Position numbers and translations under genes: made by a program
Shown here: positions 1 through 16,200 of the stretch, piece by piece
How the letters are laid out: every line of letters begins with the position of its first letter
Position numbering within the stretch: the first letter of the stretch is position 1
Source: the human T2T-CHM13v2.0 reference genome, Homo sapiens
Assembly (NCBI RefSeq): GCF_009914755.1
Contig: NC_060932.1
Length of the DNA: 64,000 nucleotides
Strand: one strand, 5' to 3'
Notes under the pieces: model-generated
Told to the model about the DNA's origin: nothing
What the model saw: only the letters and a program-made list of their open reading frames with translations
The model's database searches: none

Positions 1-211
1 TATAGTGTCTGGAAGCGGGCATTTGGAGCGCTTTCAGGCCTATGCTTAAAATAGGAAATATCTACCTACAGAAACTAGACAGAAGCATTCTGAGAATCAC
101 GTTTGTGATGTGGGTACTCAACTAACAGTGTTGATCCATTCTTTTGATACAGCAGTTTTGAACCACACTTTTTGTAGAATCTGCAAGAGGATATTTGGAT
201 AGCTGTGAGGA

Positions 212-228
212 TTTCGTTGGAAACGGGA
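212..228 (+). promoter_or_regulatory. CENP-B box (representative; recurs about every 340 bp, 4 per 8-mer)
   Basis: TTTCGTTGGAAACGGGA matches NTTCGNNNNANNCGGGN and is present in every second monomer. Confidence 0.95.
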
Positions 229-2461
229 ATGTCTTCAAAGAAAATCTAGACAGAAGCATTCTCAGAAACACCTTCGTGATGTTTGCAATCATGTCACAGA
301 GTTGAACCTTCCGTTTCATAGAGCAGGTTGGAAACACTCTTATTGTAGTATCTGGAAGTGGACATTTGGAGCGCTTTCAGGCCTATGGTGAAAAAGGAAA
401 TATCTTCCCATAAAAACGACATAGAAGCTATCTCAGGAACTTGTTTATGATGCATCTAATCAACTAACAGTGTTGAACCTTTGTACTGACAGAGCAGTTT
501 GAAACACTCTTTTTTTGGAATCTGCAAGTGGATATTTGGATCGCTTTGAGGATTTCGTTGGAAACGGGATGCAATATAAAACGTACACAGCAGCATACTC
601 AGAAAATACTTTGCCATATTTCCATTCAAGTCACAGAGTGGAACATTCCCATTCATAGAGCAGGTTTGAAACACTCTTTTTGGAGTATCTGGAAGTGGAC
701 ATTTGGAGCGCTTTCTGAACTATGGTGAAAAAGGAAATATCTTCCAATGAAAACAAGACAGAAGCATTCTGAGAAACTTATTTGTGATGTGTGTCCTCAA
801 CAAACGGACTTGAACCTTTCGTTTCATGCAGTACTTCTGGAACACTCTTTTTGAAGATTCTGCATGCGGATATTTGGATAGCTTTGAGGATTTCGTTGGA
901 AACGGGCTTACATGTAAAAATTAGACAGCAGAATTCTCAGAAACTTCTTTGTGGTGTCTGCATTCAAGTCACAGAATTGAACTTCCCCTCACATAGAGCA
1001 GTTGTGCAGCACTCTATTTGTAGTATCTGGAAGTGGACATTTGGAGGGCTTTGTAGCCTATCTGGAAAAAGGAAATATCTTCCCATGAATGCGAGATAGA
1101 AGTAATCTCAGAAACATGTTTATGCTGTATCTACTCAACTAACTGTGCTGAACATTTCTATTGATAGAGCAGTTTTGAGACACTCTTCTTTTGGAATCTG
1201 CAAGTGGATATTTGGATAGATTTGAGGATTTCGTTGGAAACGGGATTATATATAAAAAGTAGACAGCAGCATTCTCAGAAACTTCTTTGTGATATTTGCA
1301 TCCAGCTCTCAGAGTTGAACATTCCCTTTCATAGAGTAGGTTTGAAACCCTCTTTTTATAGTGTCTGGAAGCGGGCATTTGGAGCGCTTTCAGGTCTATG
1401 CTTAAAATAGGAAATATCTACCTACAGAAACTAGACAGAAGCATTCTGAGAATCACGTTTGTGATGTGGGTACTCAAGTAACAGTGTTGATCCATTCTTT
1501 TGATACAGCAGTTTTGAACCACACTTTTTGTAGAATCTGCAAGAGGATATTTGGATAGCTGTGAGGATTTCGTTGGAAACGGGAATGTCTTCAAAGAAAA
1601 TCTAGACAGAAGCATTCTCAGAAACACCTTCGTGATGTTTGCAATCAAGTCACAGAGTTGAACCTTCCGTTTCATAGAGCAGGTTGGAAACACTCTTATT
1701 GTAGTATCTGGAAGTGGACATTTGGAGCGCTTTCAGGCCTATGGTGAAAAAGGAAATATCTTCCCATAAAAACGACATAGAAGCTATCTCAGGAACTTGT
1801 TTATGATGCATCTAATCAACTAACAGTGTTGAACCTTTGTACTGACAGAGCAGTTTGAAACACTCTTTTTTTGGAATCTGCAAGTGGATATTTGGATCGC
1901 TTTGAGGATTTCGTTGGAAACGGGATGCAATATAAAACGTACACAGCAGCATACTCAGAAAATACTTTGCCATATTTCCATTCAAGTCACAGAGTGGAAC
2001 ATTCCCATTCATAGAGCAGGTTTGAAACACTCTTTTTGGAGTATCTGGAAGTGGACATTTGGAGCGCTTTCTGAACTATGGTGAAAAAGGAAATATCTTC
2101 CAATGAAAACAAGACAGAAGCATTCTGAGAAACTTATTTGTGATGTGTGTCCTCAACAAACGGACTTGAACCTTTCGTTTCATGCAGTACTTCTGGAACA
2201 CTCTTTTTGAAGATATTGCATGCGGATATTTGGATAGCTTTGAGGATTTCGTTGGAAACGGGCTTACATGTAAAAATTAGACAGCAGCATTCTCAGAAAC
2301 TTCTTTGTGGTGTCTGCATTCAAGTCACAGAATTGAACTTCCCCTCACATAGAGCAGTTGTGCAGCACTCTATTTGTAGTATCTGGAAGTGGACATTTGG
2401 AGGGCTTTGTAGCCTATCTGGAAAAAGGAAATATCTTCCCATGAATGCGAGATAGAAGTAA

Positions 2462-2874
<413 letters not shown>

Positions 2875-2890
2875 GAGACACTCTTCTTTT
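2875..2890. repeat. Right target-site duplication of Alu copy 1
   Basis: GAGACACTCTTCTTTT directly abuts the Alu 5' end (…CCCGGCC|GAGACAC…). Confidence 0.9.
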
Positions 2891-5800
2891 GGAATCTGCA
2901 AGTGGATATTTGGATAGATTTGAGGATTTCGTTGGAAACGGGATTATATATAAAAAGTAGACAGCAGCATTCTCAGAAACTTCTTTGTGATGTTTGCATC
3001 CAGCTCTCAGAGTTGAACATTCCCTTTCATAGAGTAGGTTTGAAACCCTCTTTTTATAGTGTCTGGAAGCGGGCATTTGGAGCGCTTTCAGGCCTATGCT
3101 TAAAATAGGAAATATCTACCTACAGAAACTAGACAGAAGCATTCTGAGAATCACGTTTGTGATGTGGGTACTCAACTAACAGTGTTGATCCATTCTTTTG
3201 ATACAGCAGTTTTGAACCACACTTTTTGTAGAATCTGCAAGAGGATATTTGGATAGCTGTGAGGATTTCGTTGGAAACGGGAAAGTCTTCAAAGAAAATC
3301 TAGACAGAAGCATTCTCAGAAACACCTTCGTGATGTTTGCAATCAAGTCACAGAGTTGAACCTTCCGTTTCATAGAGCAGGTTGGAAACACTCTTATTGT
3401 AGTATCTGGAAGTGGACATTTGGAGCGCTTTCAGGCCTATGGTGAAAAAGGAAATATCTTCCCATAAAAACGACATAGAAGCTATCTCAGGAACTTGTTT
3501 ATGATGCATCTAATCAACTAACAGTGTTGAACCTTTGTACTGACAGAGCAGTTTGAAACACTCTTTTTTTGGAATCTGCAAGTGGATATTTGGATCGCTT
3601 TGAGGATTTCGTTGGAAACGGGATGCAATATAAAACGTACACAGCAGCATACTCAGAAAATACTTTGCCATATTTCCATTCAAGTCACAGAGTGGAACAT
3701 TCCCATTCATAGAGCAGGTTTGAAACACTCTTTTTGGAGTATCTGGAAGTGGACATTTGGAGCGCTTTCTGAACTATGGTGAAAAAGGAAATATCTTCCA
3801 ATGAAAACAAGACAGAAGCATTCTGAGAAACTTATTTGTGATGTGTGTCCTCAACAAACGGACTTGAACCTTTCGTTTCATGCAGTACTTCTGGAACACT
3901 CTTTTTGAAGATTCTGCATGCGGATATTTGGATAGCTTTGAGGATTTCGTTGGAAACGGGCTTACATGTAAAAATTAGACAGCAGCATTCTCAGAAACTT
4001 TTTTGTGGTGTCTGCATTCAAGTCACAGAATTGAACTTCCCCTCACATAGAGCAGTTGTGCAGCACTCTATTTGTAGTATCTGGAAGTGGACATTTGGAG
4101 GGCTTTGTAGCCTATCTGGAAAAGGAAATATCTTCCCATGAATGCGAGATAGAAGTAATCTCAGAAACATGTTCATGCTGTATCTACTCAACTAACTGTG
4201 CTGAACATTTCTATTGATAGAGCAGTTTTGAGACACTCTTCTTTTGGAATCTGCAAGTGGATATTTGGATAGATTTGAGGATTTCGTTGGAAACGGGATT
4301 ATATATAAAAAGTAGACAGCAGCATTCTCAGAAACTTCTTTGTGATGTTTGCATCCAGCTCTCAGAGTTGAACATTCCCTTTCATAGAGTAGGTTTGAAA
4401 CCCTCTTTTTATAGTGTCTGGAAGCGGGCATTTGGAGCGCTTTCAGGCCTATGCTTAAAATAGGAAATATCTACCTACAGAAACTAGACAGAAGCATTCT
4501 GAGAATCACGTTTGTGATGTGGGTACTCAACTAACAGTGTTGATCCATTCTTTTGATACAGCAGTTTTGAACCACACTTTTTGTAGAATCTGCAAGAGGA
4601 TATTTGGATAGCTGTGAGGATTTCGTTGGAAACGGGAATGTCTTCAAAGAAAATCTAGACAGAAGCATTCTCAGAAACACCTTCGTGATGTTTGCAATCA
4701 TGTCACAGAGTTGAACCTTCCGTTTCATAGAGCAGGTTGGAAACACTCTTATTGTAGTATCTGGAAGTGGACATTTGGAGCGCTTTCAGGCCTATGGTGA
4801 AAAAGGAAATATCTTCCCATAAAAACGACATAGAAGCTATCTCAGGAACTTGTTTATGATGCATCTAATCAACTAACAGTGTTGAACCTTTGTACTGACA
4901 GAGCAGTTTGAAACACTCTTTTTTTGGAATCTGCAAGTGGATATTTGGATCGCTTTGAGGATTTCGTTGGAAACGGGATGCAATATAAAACGTACACAGC
5001 AGCATACTCAGAAAATACTTTGCCATATTTCCATTCAAGTCACAGAGTGGAACATTCCCATTCATAGAGCAGGTTTGAAACACTCTTTTTGGAGTATCTG
5101 GAAGTGGACATTTGGAGCGCTTTCTGAACTATGGTGAAAAAGGAAATATCTTCCAATGAAAACAAGACAGAAGCATTCTGAGAAACTTATTTGTGATGTG
5201 TGTCCTCAACAAACGGACTTGAACCTTTCGTTTCATGCAGTACTTCTGGAACACTCTTTTTGAAGATTCTGCATGCGGATATTTGGATAGCTTTGAGGAT
5301 TTCGTTGGAAACGGGCTTACATGTAAAAATTAGACAGCAGAATTCTCAGAAACTTCTTTGTGGTGTCTGCATTCAAGTCACAGAATTGAACTTCCCCTCA
5401 CATAGAGCAGTTGTGCAGCACTCTATTTGTAGTATCTGGAAGTGGACATTTGGAGGGCTTTGTAGCCTATCTGGAAAAAGGAAATATCTTCCCATGAATG
5501 CGAGATAGAAGTAATCTCAGAAACATGTTTATGCTGTATCTACTCAACTAACTGTGCTGAACATTTCTATTGATAGAGCAGTTTTGAGACACTCTTCTTT
5601 TGGAATCTGCAAGTGGATATTTGGATAGATTTGAGGATTTCGTTGGAAACGGGATTATATATAAAAAGTAGACAGCAGCATTCTCAGAAACTTCTTTGTG
5701 ATATTTGCATCCAGCTCTCAGAGTTGAACATTCCCTTTCATAGAGTAGGTTTGAAACCCTCTTTTTATAGTGTCTGGAAGCGGGCATTTGGAGCGCTTTC

Positions 5801-6870
5801 AGGTCTATGCTTAAAATAGGAAATATCTACCTACAGAAACTAGACAGAAGCATTCTGAGAATCACGTTTGTGATGTGGGTACTCAACTAACAGTGTTGAT
5901 CCATTCTTTTGATACAGCAGTTTTGAACCACACTTTTTGTAGAATCTGCAAGAGGATATTTGGATAGCTGTGAGGATTTCGTTGGAAACGGGAATGTCTT
6001 CAAAGAAAATCTAGACAGAAGCATTCTCAGAAACACCTTCGTGATGTTTGCAATCAAGTCACAGAGTTGAACCTTCCGTTTCATAGAGCAGGTTGGAAAC
6101 ACTCTTATTGTAGTATCTGGAAGTGGACATTTGGAGCGCTTTCAGGCCTATGGTGAAAAAGGAAATATCTTCCCATAAAAACGACATAGAAGCTATCTCA
6201 GGAACTTGTTTATGATGCATCTAATCAACTAACAGTGTTGAACCTTTGTACTGACAGAGCAGTTTGAAACACTCTTTTTTTGGAATCTGCAAGTGGATAT
6301 TTGGATCGCTTTGAGGATTTCGTTGGAAACGGGATGCAATATAAAACGTACACAGCAGCATACTCAGAAAATACTTTGCCATATTTCCATTCAAGTCACA
6401 GAGTGGAACATTCCCATTCATAGAGCAGGTTTGAAACACTCTTTTTGGAGTATCTGGAAGTGGACATTTGGAGCGCTTTCTGAACTATGGTGAAAAAGGA
6501 AATATCTTCCAATGAAAACAAGACAGAAGCATTCTGAGAAACTTATTTGTGATGTGTGTCCTCAACAAACGGACTTGAACCTTTCGTTTCATGCAGTACT
6601 TCTGGAACACTCTTTTTGAAGATATTGCATGCGGATATTTGGATAGCTTTGAGGATTTCGTTGGAAACGGGCTTACATGTAAAAATTAGACAGCAGCATT
6701 CTCAGAAACTTCTTTGTGGTGTCTGCATTCAAGTCACAGAATTGAACTTCCCCTCACATAGAGCAGTTGTGCAGCACTCTATTTGTAGTATCTGGAAGTG
6801 GACATTTGGAGGGCTTTGTAGCCTATCTGGAAAAAGGAAATATCTTCCCATGAATGCGAGATAGAAGTAA

Positions 6871-7288
<418 letters not shown>

Positions 7289-10200
7289 GAGACACTCTTC
7301 TTTTGGAATCTGCAAGTGGATATTTGGATAGATTTGAGGATTTCGTTGGAAACGGGATTATATATAAAAAGTAGACAGCAGCATTCTCAGAAACTTCTTT
7401 GTGATGTTTGCATCCAGCTCTCAGAGTTGAACATTCCCTTTCATAGAGTAGGTTTGAAACCCTCTTTTTATAGTGTCTGGAAGCGGGCATTTGGAGCGCT
7501 TTCAGGCCTATGCTTAAAATAGGAAATATCTACCTACAGAAACTAGACAGAAGCATTCTGAGAATCACGTTTGTGATGTGGGTACTCAACTAACAGTGTT
7601 GATCCATTCTTTTGATACAGCAGTTTTGAACCACACTTTTTGTAGAATCTGCAAGAGGATATTTGGATAGCTGTGAGGATTTCGTTGGAAACGGGAAAGT
7701 CTTCAAAGAAAATCTAGACAGAAGCATTCTCAGAAACACCTTCGTGATGTTTGCAATCAAGTCACAGAGTTGAACCTTCCGTTTCATAGAGCAGGTTGGA
7801 AACACTCTTATTGTAGTATCTGGAAGTGGACATTTGGAGCGCTTTCAGGCCTATGGTGAAAAAGGAAATATCTTCCCATAAAAACGACATAGAAGCTATC
7901 TCAGGAACTTGTTTATGATGCATCTAATCAACTAACAGTGTTGAACCTTTGTACTGACAGAGCAGTTTGAAACACTCTTTTTTTGGAATCTGCAAGTGGA
8001 TATTTGGATCGCTTTGAGGATTTCGTTGGAAACGGGATGCAATATAAAACGTACACAGCAGCATACTCAGAAAATACTTTGCCATATTTCCATTCAAGTC
8101 ACAGAGTGGAACATTCCCATTCATAGAGCAGGTTTGAAACACTCTTTTTGGAGTATCTGGAAGTGGACATTTGGAGCGCTTTCTGAACTATGGTGAAAAA
8201 GGAAATATCTTCCAATGAAAACAAGACAGAAGCATTCTGAGAAACTTATTTGTGATGTGTGTCCTCAACAAACGGACTTGAACCTTTCGTTTCATGCAGT
8301 ACTTCTGGAACACTCTTTTTGAAGATTCTGCATGCGGATATTTGGATAGCTTTGAGGATTTCGTTGGAAACGGGCTTATATGTAAAAATTAGACAGCAGC
8401 ATTCTCAGAAACTTTTTTGTGGTGTCTGCATTCAAGTCACAGAATTGAACTTCCCCTCACAAAGAGCAGTTGTGCAGCACTCTATTTGTAGTATCTGGAA
8501 GTGGACATTTGGAGGGCTTTGTAGCCTATCTGGAAAAGGAAATATCTTCCCATGAATGCGAGATAGAAGTAATCTCAGAAACATGTTCATGCTGTATCTA
8601 CTCAACTAACTGTGCTGAACATTTCTATTGATAGAGCAGTTTTGAGACACTCTTCTTTTGGAATCTGCAAGTGGATATTTGGATAGATTTGAGGATTTCG
8701 TTGGAAACGGGATTATATATAAAAAGTAGACAGCAGCATTCTCAGAAACTTCTTTGTGATGTTTGCATCCAGCTCTCAGAGTTGAACATTCCCTTTCATA
8801 GAGTAGGTTTGAAACCCTCTTTTTATAGTGTCTGGAAGCGGGCATTTGGAGCGCTTTCAGGCCTATGCTTAAAATAGGAAATATCTACCTACAGAAACTA
8901 GACAGAAGCATTCTGAGAATCACGTTTGTGATGTGGGTACTCAACTAACAGTGTTGATCCATTCTTTTGATACAGCAGTTTTGAACCACACTTTTTGTAG
9001 AATCTGCAAGAGGATATTTGGATAGCTGTGAGGATTTCGTTGGAAACGGGAAAGTCTTCAAAGAAAATCTAGACAGAAGCATTCTCAGAAACACCTTCGT
9101 GATGTTTGCAATCAAGTCACAGAGTTGAACCTTCCGTTTCATAGAGCAGGTTGGAAACACTCTTATTGTAGTATCTGGAAGTGGACATTTGGAGCGCTTT
9201 CAGGCCTATGGTGAAAAAGGAAATATCTTCCCATAAAAACGACATAGAAGCTATCTCAGGAACTTGTTTATGATGCATCTAATCAACTAACAGTGTTGAA
9301 CCTTTGTACTGACAGAGCAGTTTGAAACACTCTTTTTTTGGAATCTGCAAGTGGATATTTGGATCGCTTTGAGGATTTCGTTGGAAACGGGATGCAATAT
9401 AAAACGTACACAGCAGCATACTCAGAAAATACTTTGCCATATTTCCATTCAAGTCACAGAGTGGAACATTCCCATTCATAGAGCAGGTTTGAAACACTCT
9501 TTTTGGAGTATCTGGAAGTGGACATTTGGAGCGCTTTCTGAACTATGGTGAAAAAGGAAATATCTTCCAATGAAAACAAGACAGAAGCATTCTGAGAAAC
9601 TTATTTGTGATGTGTGTCCTCAACAAACGGACTTGAACCTTTCGTTTCATGCAGTACTTCTGGAACACTCTTTTTGAAGATTCTGCATGCGGATATTTGG
9701 ATAGCTTTGAGGATTTCGTTGGAAACGGGCTTATATGTAAAAATTAGACAGCAGCATTCTCAGAAACTTTTTTGTGGTGTCTGCATTCAAGTCACAGAAT
9801 TGAACTTCCCCTCACAAAGAGCAGTTGTGCAGCACTCTATTTGTAGTATCTGGAAGTGGACATTTGGAGGGCTTTGTAGCCTATCTGGAAAAGGAAATAT
9901 CTTCCCATGAATGCGAGATAGAAGTAATCTCAGAAACATGTTCATGCTGTATCTACTCAACTAACTGTGCTGAACATTTCTATTGATAGAGCAGTTTTGA
10001 GACACTCTTCTTTTGGAATCTGCAAGTGGATATTTGGATAGATTTGAGGATTTCGTTGGAAACGGGATTATATATAAAAAGTAGACAGCAGCATTCTCAG
10101 AAACTTCTTTGTGATGTTTGCATCCAGCTCTCAGAGTTGAACATTCCCTTTCATAGAGTAGGTTTGAAACCCTCTTTTTATAGTGTCTGGAAGCGGGCAT

Positions 10201-13200
10201 TTGGAGCGCTTTCAGGCCTATGCTTAAAATAGGAAATATCTACCTACAGAAACTAGACAGAAGCATTCTGAGAATCACGTTTGTGATGTGGGTACTCAAC
10301 TAACAGTGTTGATCCATTCTTTTGATACAGCAGTTTTGAACCACACTTTTTGTAGAATCTGCAAGAGGATATTTGGATAGCTGTGAGGATTTCGTTGGAA
10401 ACGGGAATGTCTTCAAAGAAAATCTAGACAGAAGCATTCTCAGAAACACCTTCGTGATGTTTGCAATCATGTCACAGAGTTGAACCTTCCGTTTCATAGA
10501 GCAGGTTGGAAACACTCTTATTGTAGTATCTGGAAGTGGACATTTGGAGCGCTTTCAGGCCTATGGTGAAAAAGGAAATATCTTCCCATAAAAACGACAT
10601 AGAAGCTATCTCAGGAACTTGTTTATGATGCATCTAATCAACTAACAGTGTTGAACCTTTGTACTGACAGAGCAGTTTGAAACACTCTTTTTTTGGAATC
10701 TGCAAGTGGATATTTGGATCGCTTTGAGGATTTCGTTGGAAACGGGATGCAATATAAAACGTACACAGCAGCATACTCAGAAAATACTTTGCCATATTTC
10801 CATTCAAGTCACAGAGTGGAACATTCCCATTCATAGAGCAGGTTTGAAACACTCTTTTTGGAGTATCTGGAAGTGGACATTTGGAGCGCTTTCTGAACTA
10901 TGGTGAAAAAGGAAATATCTTCCAATGAAAACAAGACAGAAGCATTCTGAGAAACTTATTTGTGATGTGTGTCCTCAACAAACGGACTTGAACCTTTCGT
11001 TTCATGCAGTACTTCTGGAACACTCTTTTTGAAGATTCTGCATGCGGATATTTGGATAGCTTTGAGGATTTCGTTGGAAACGGGCTTACATGTAAAAATT
11101 AGACAGCAGCATTCTCAGAAACTTCTTTGTGGTGTCTGCATTCAAGTCACAGAATTGAACTTCCCCTCACATAGAGCAGTTGTGCAGCACTCTATTTGTA
11201 GTATCTGGAAGTGGACATTTGGAGGGCTTTGTAGCCTATCTGGAAAAAGGAAATATCTTCCCATGAATGCGAGATAGAAGTAATCTCAGAAACATGTTTA
11301 TGCTGTATCTACTCAACTAACTGTGCTGAACATTTCTATTGATAGAGCAGTTTTGAGACACTCTTCTTTTGGAATCTGCAAGTGGATATTTGGATAGATT
11401 TGAGGATTTCGTTGGAAACGGGATTATATATAAAAAGTAGACAGCAGCATTCTCAGAAACTTCTTTGTGATGTTTGCATCCAGCTCTCAGAGTTGAACAT
11501 TCCCTTTCATAGAGTAGGTTTGAAACCCTCTTTTTATAGTGTCTGGAAGCGGGCATTTGGAGCGCTTTCAGGCCTATGCTTAAAATAGGAAATATCTACC
11601 TACAGAAACTAGACAGAAGCATTCTGAGAATCACGTTTGTGATGTGGGTACTCAACTAACAGTGTTGATCCATTCTTTTGATACAGCAGTTTTGAACCAC
11701 ACTTTTTGTAGAATCTGCAAGAGGATATTTGGATAGCTGTGAGGATTTCGTTGGAAACGGGAATGTCTTCAAAGAAAATCTAGACAGAAGCATTCTCAGA
11801 AACACCTTCGTGATGTTTGCAATCAAGTCACAGAGTTGAACCTTCCGTTTCATAGAGCAGGTTGGAAACACTCTTATTGTAGTATCTGGAAGTGGACATT
11901 TGGAGCGCTTTCAGGCCTATGGTGAAAAAGGAAATATCTTCCCATAAAAACGACATAGAAGCTATCTCAGGAACTTGTTTATGATGCATCTAATCAACTA
12001 ACAGTGTTGAACCTTTGTACTGACAGAGCAGTTTGAAACACTCTTTTTTTGGAATCTGCAAGTGGATATTTGGATCGCTTTGAGGATTTCGTTGGAAACG
12101 GGATGCAATATAAAACGTACACAGCAGCATACTCAGAAAATACTTTGCCATATTTCCATTCAAGTCACAGAGTGGAACATTCCCATTCATAGAGCAGGTT
12201 TGAAACACTCTTTTTGGAGTATCTGGAAGTGGACATTTGGAGCGCTTTCTGAACTATGGTGAAAAAGGAAATATCTTCCAATGAAAACAAGACAGAAGCA
12301 TTCTGAGAAACTTATTTGTGATGTGTGTCCTCAACAAACGGACTTGAACCTTTCGTTTCATGCAGTACTTCTGGAACACTCTTTTTGAAGATATTGCATG
12401 CGGATATTTGGATAGCTTTGAGGATTTCGTTGGAAACGGGTTTACATGTAAAAATTAGACAGCAGCATTCTCAGAAACTTCTTTGTGGAGTCTGCATTCA
12501 AGTCACAGAATTGAACTTCCCCTCACATAGAGCAGTTGTGCAGCACTCTATTTGTAGTATCTGGAAGTGGACATTTGGAGGGCTTTGTAGCCTATCTGGA
12601 AAAAGGAAATATCTTCCCATGAATGCGAGATAGAAGTAATCTCAGAAACATGTTTATGCTGTATCTACTCAACTAACTGTGCTGAACATTTCTATTGATA
12701 GAGCAGTTTTGAGACACTCTTCTTTTGGAATCTGCAAGTGGATATTTGGATAGATTTGAGGATTTCGTTGGAAACGGGATTATATATAAAAAGTAGACAG
12801 CAGCATTCTCAGAAACTTCTTTGTGATGTTTGCATCCAGCTCTCAGAGTTGAACATTCCCTTTCATAGAGTAGGTTTGAAACCCTCTTTTTATAGTGTCT
12901 GGAAGCGGGCATTTGGAGCGCTTTCAGGCCTATGCTTAAAATAGGAAATATCTACCTACAGAAACTAGACAGAAGCATTCTGAGAATCACGTTTGTGATG
13001 TGGGTACTCAACTAACAGTGTTGATCCATTCTTTTGATACAGCAGTTTTGAACCACACTTTTTGTAGAATCTGCAAGAGGATATTTGGATAGCTGTGAGG
13101 ATTTCGTTGGAAACGGGAATGTCTTCAAAGAAAATCTAGACAGAAGCATTCTCAGAAACACCTTCGTGATGTTTGCAATCAAGTCACAGAGTTGAACCTT

Positions 13201-16200
13201 CCGTTTCATAGAGCAGGTTGGAAACACTCTTATTGTAGTATCTGGAAGTGGACATTTGGAGCGCTTTCAGGCCTATGGTGAAAAAGGAAATATCTTCCCA
13301 TAAAAACGACATAGAAGCTATCTCAGGAACTTGTTTATGATGCATCTAATCAACTAACAGTGTTGAACCTTTGTACTGACAGAGCAGTTTGAAACACTCT
13401 TTTTTTGGAATCTGCAAGTGGATATTTGGATCGCTTTGAGGATTTCGTTGGAAACGGGATGCAATATAAAACGTACACAGCAGCATACTCAGAAAATACT
13501 TTGCCATATTTCCATTCAAGTCACAGAGTGGAACATTCCCATTCATAGAGCAGGTTTGAAACACTCTTTTTGGAGTATCTGGAAGTGGACATTTGGAGCG
13601 CTTTCTGAACTATGGTGAAAAAGGAAATATCTTCCAATGAAAACAAGACAGAAGCATTCTGAGAAACTTATTTGTGATGTGTGTCCTCAACAAACGGACT
13701 TGAACCTTTCGTTTCATGCAGTACTTCTGGAACACTCTTTTTGAAGATTCTGCATGCGGATATTTGGATAGCTTTGAGGATTTCGTTGGAAACGGGCTTA
13801 CATGTAAAAATTAGACAGCAGCATTCTCAGAAACTTCTTTGTGGTGTCTGCATTCAAGTCACAGAATTGAACTTCCCCTCACATAGAGCAGTTGTGCAGC
13901 ACTCTATTTGTAGTATCTGGAAGTGGACATTTGGAGGGCTTTGTAGCCTATCTGGAAAAAGGAAATATCTTCCCATGAATGCGAGATAGAAGTAATCTCA
14001 GAAACATGTTTATGCTGTATCTACTCAACTAACTGTGCTGAACATTTCTATTGATAGAGCAGTTTTGAGACACTCTTCTTTTGGAATCTGCAAGTGGATA
14101 TTTGGATAGATTTGAGGATTTCGTTGGAAACGGGATTATATATAAAAAGTAGACAGCAGCATTCTCAGACACTTCTTTGTGATGTTTGCATCCAGCTCTC
14201 AGAGTTGAACATTCCCTTTCATAGAGTAGGTTTGAAACCCTCTTTTTATAGTGTCTGGAAGCGGGCATTTGGAGCGCTTTCAGGCCTATGCTTAAAATAG
14301 GAAATATCTACCTACAGAAACTAGACAGAAGCATTCTGAGAATCACGTTTGTGATGTGGGTACTCAACTAACAGTGTTGATCCATTCTTTTGATACAGCA
14401 GTTTTGAACCACACTTTTTGTAGAATCTGCAAGAGGATATTTGGATAGCTGTGAGGATTTCGTTGGAAACGGGAATGTCTTCAAAGAAAATCTAGACAGA
14501 AGCATTCTCAGAAACACCTTCGTGATGTTTGCAATCAAGTCACAGAGTTGAACCTTCCGTTTCATAGAGCAGGTTGGAAACACTCTTATTGTAGTATCTG
14601 GAAGTGGACATTTGGAGCGCTTTCAGGCCTATGGTGAAAAAGGAAATATCTTCCCATAAAAACGACATAGAAGCTATCTCAGGAACTTGTTTATGATGCA
14701 TCTAATCAACTAACAGTGTTGAACCTTTGTACTGACAGAGCAGTTTGAAACACTCTTTTTTTGGAATCTGCAAGTGGATATTTGGATCGCTTTGAGGATT
14801 TCGTTGGAAACGGGATGCAATATAAAACGTACACAGCAGCATACTCAGAAAATACTTTGCCATATTTCCATTCAAGTCACAGAGTGGAACATTCCCATTC
14901 ATAGAGCAGGTTGGAAACACTCTTTTTGGAGTATCTGGAAGTGGACATTTGGAGCGCTTTCTGAACTATGGTGAAAAAGGAAATATCTTCCAATGAAAAC
15001 AAGACAGAAGCATTCTGAGAAACTTATTTGTGATGTGTGTCCTCAACAAACGGACTTGAACCTTTCGTTTCATGCAGTACTTCTGGAACACTCTTTTTGA
15101 AGATTCTGCATGCGGATATTTGGATAGCTTTGAGGATTTCGTTGGAAACGGGCTTACATGTAAAAATTAGACAGCAGCATTCTCAGAAACTTCTTTGTGG
15201 TGTCTGCATTCAAGTCACAGAATTGAACTTCCCCTCACATAGAGCAGTTGTGCAGCACTCTATTTGTAGTATCTGGAAGTGGACATTTGGAGGGCTTTGT
15301 AGCCTATGTGGAAAAAGGAAATATCTTCCCATGAATGCGAGATAGAAGTAATCTCAGAAACATGTTTATGCTGTATCTACTCAACTAACTGTGCTGAACA
15401 TTTCTATTGATAGAGCAGTTTTGAGACACTCTTCTTTTGGAATCTGCAAGTGGATATTTGGATAGATTTGAGGATTTCGTTGGAAACGGGATTATATATA
15501 AAAAGTAGACAGCAGCATTCTCAGACACTTCTTTGTGATGTTTGCATCCAGCTCTCAGAGTTGAACATTCCCTTTCATAGAGTAGGTTTGAAACCCTCTT
15601 TTTATAGTGTCTGGAAGCGGGCATTTGGAGCGCTTTCAGGCCTATGCTTAAAATAGGAAATATCTACCTACAGAAACTAGACAGAAGCATTCTGAGAATC
15701 ACGTTTGTGATGTGGGTACTCAACTAACAGTGTTGATCCATTCTTTTGATACAGCAGTTTTGAACCACACTTTTTGTAGAATCTGCAAGAGGATATTTGG
15801 ATAGCTGTGAGGATTTCGTTGGAAACGGGAATGTCTTCAAAGAAAATCTAGACAGAAGCATTCTCAGAAACACCTTCGTGATGTTTGCAATCAAGTCACA
15901 GAGTTGAACCTTCCGTTTCATAGAGCAGGTTGGAAACACTCTTATTGTAGTATCTGGAAGTGGACATTTGGAGCGCTTTCAGGCCTATGGTGAAAAAGGA
16001 AATATCTTCCCATAAAAACGACATAGAAGCTATCTCAGGAACTTGTTTATGATGCATCTAATCAACTAACAGTGTTGAACCTTTGTACTGACAGAGCAGT
16101 TTGAAACACTCTTTTTTTGGAATCTGCAAGTGGATATTTGGATCGCTTTGAGGATTTCGTTGGAAACGGGATGCAATATAAAACGTACACAGCAGCATAC

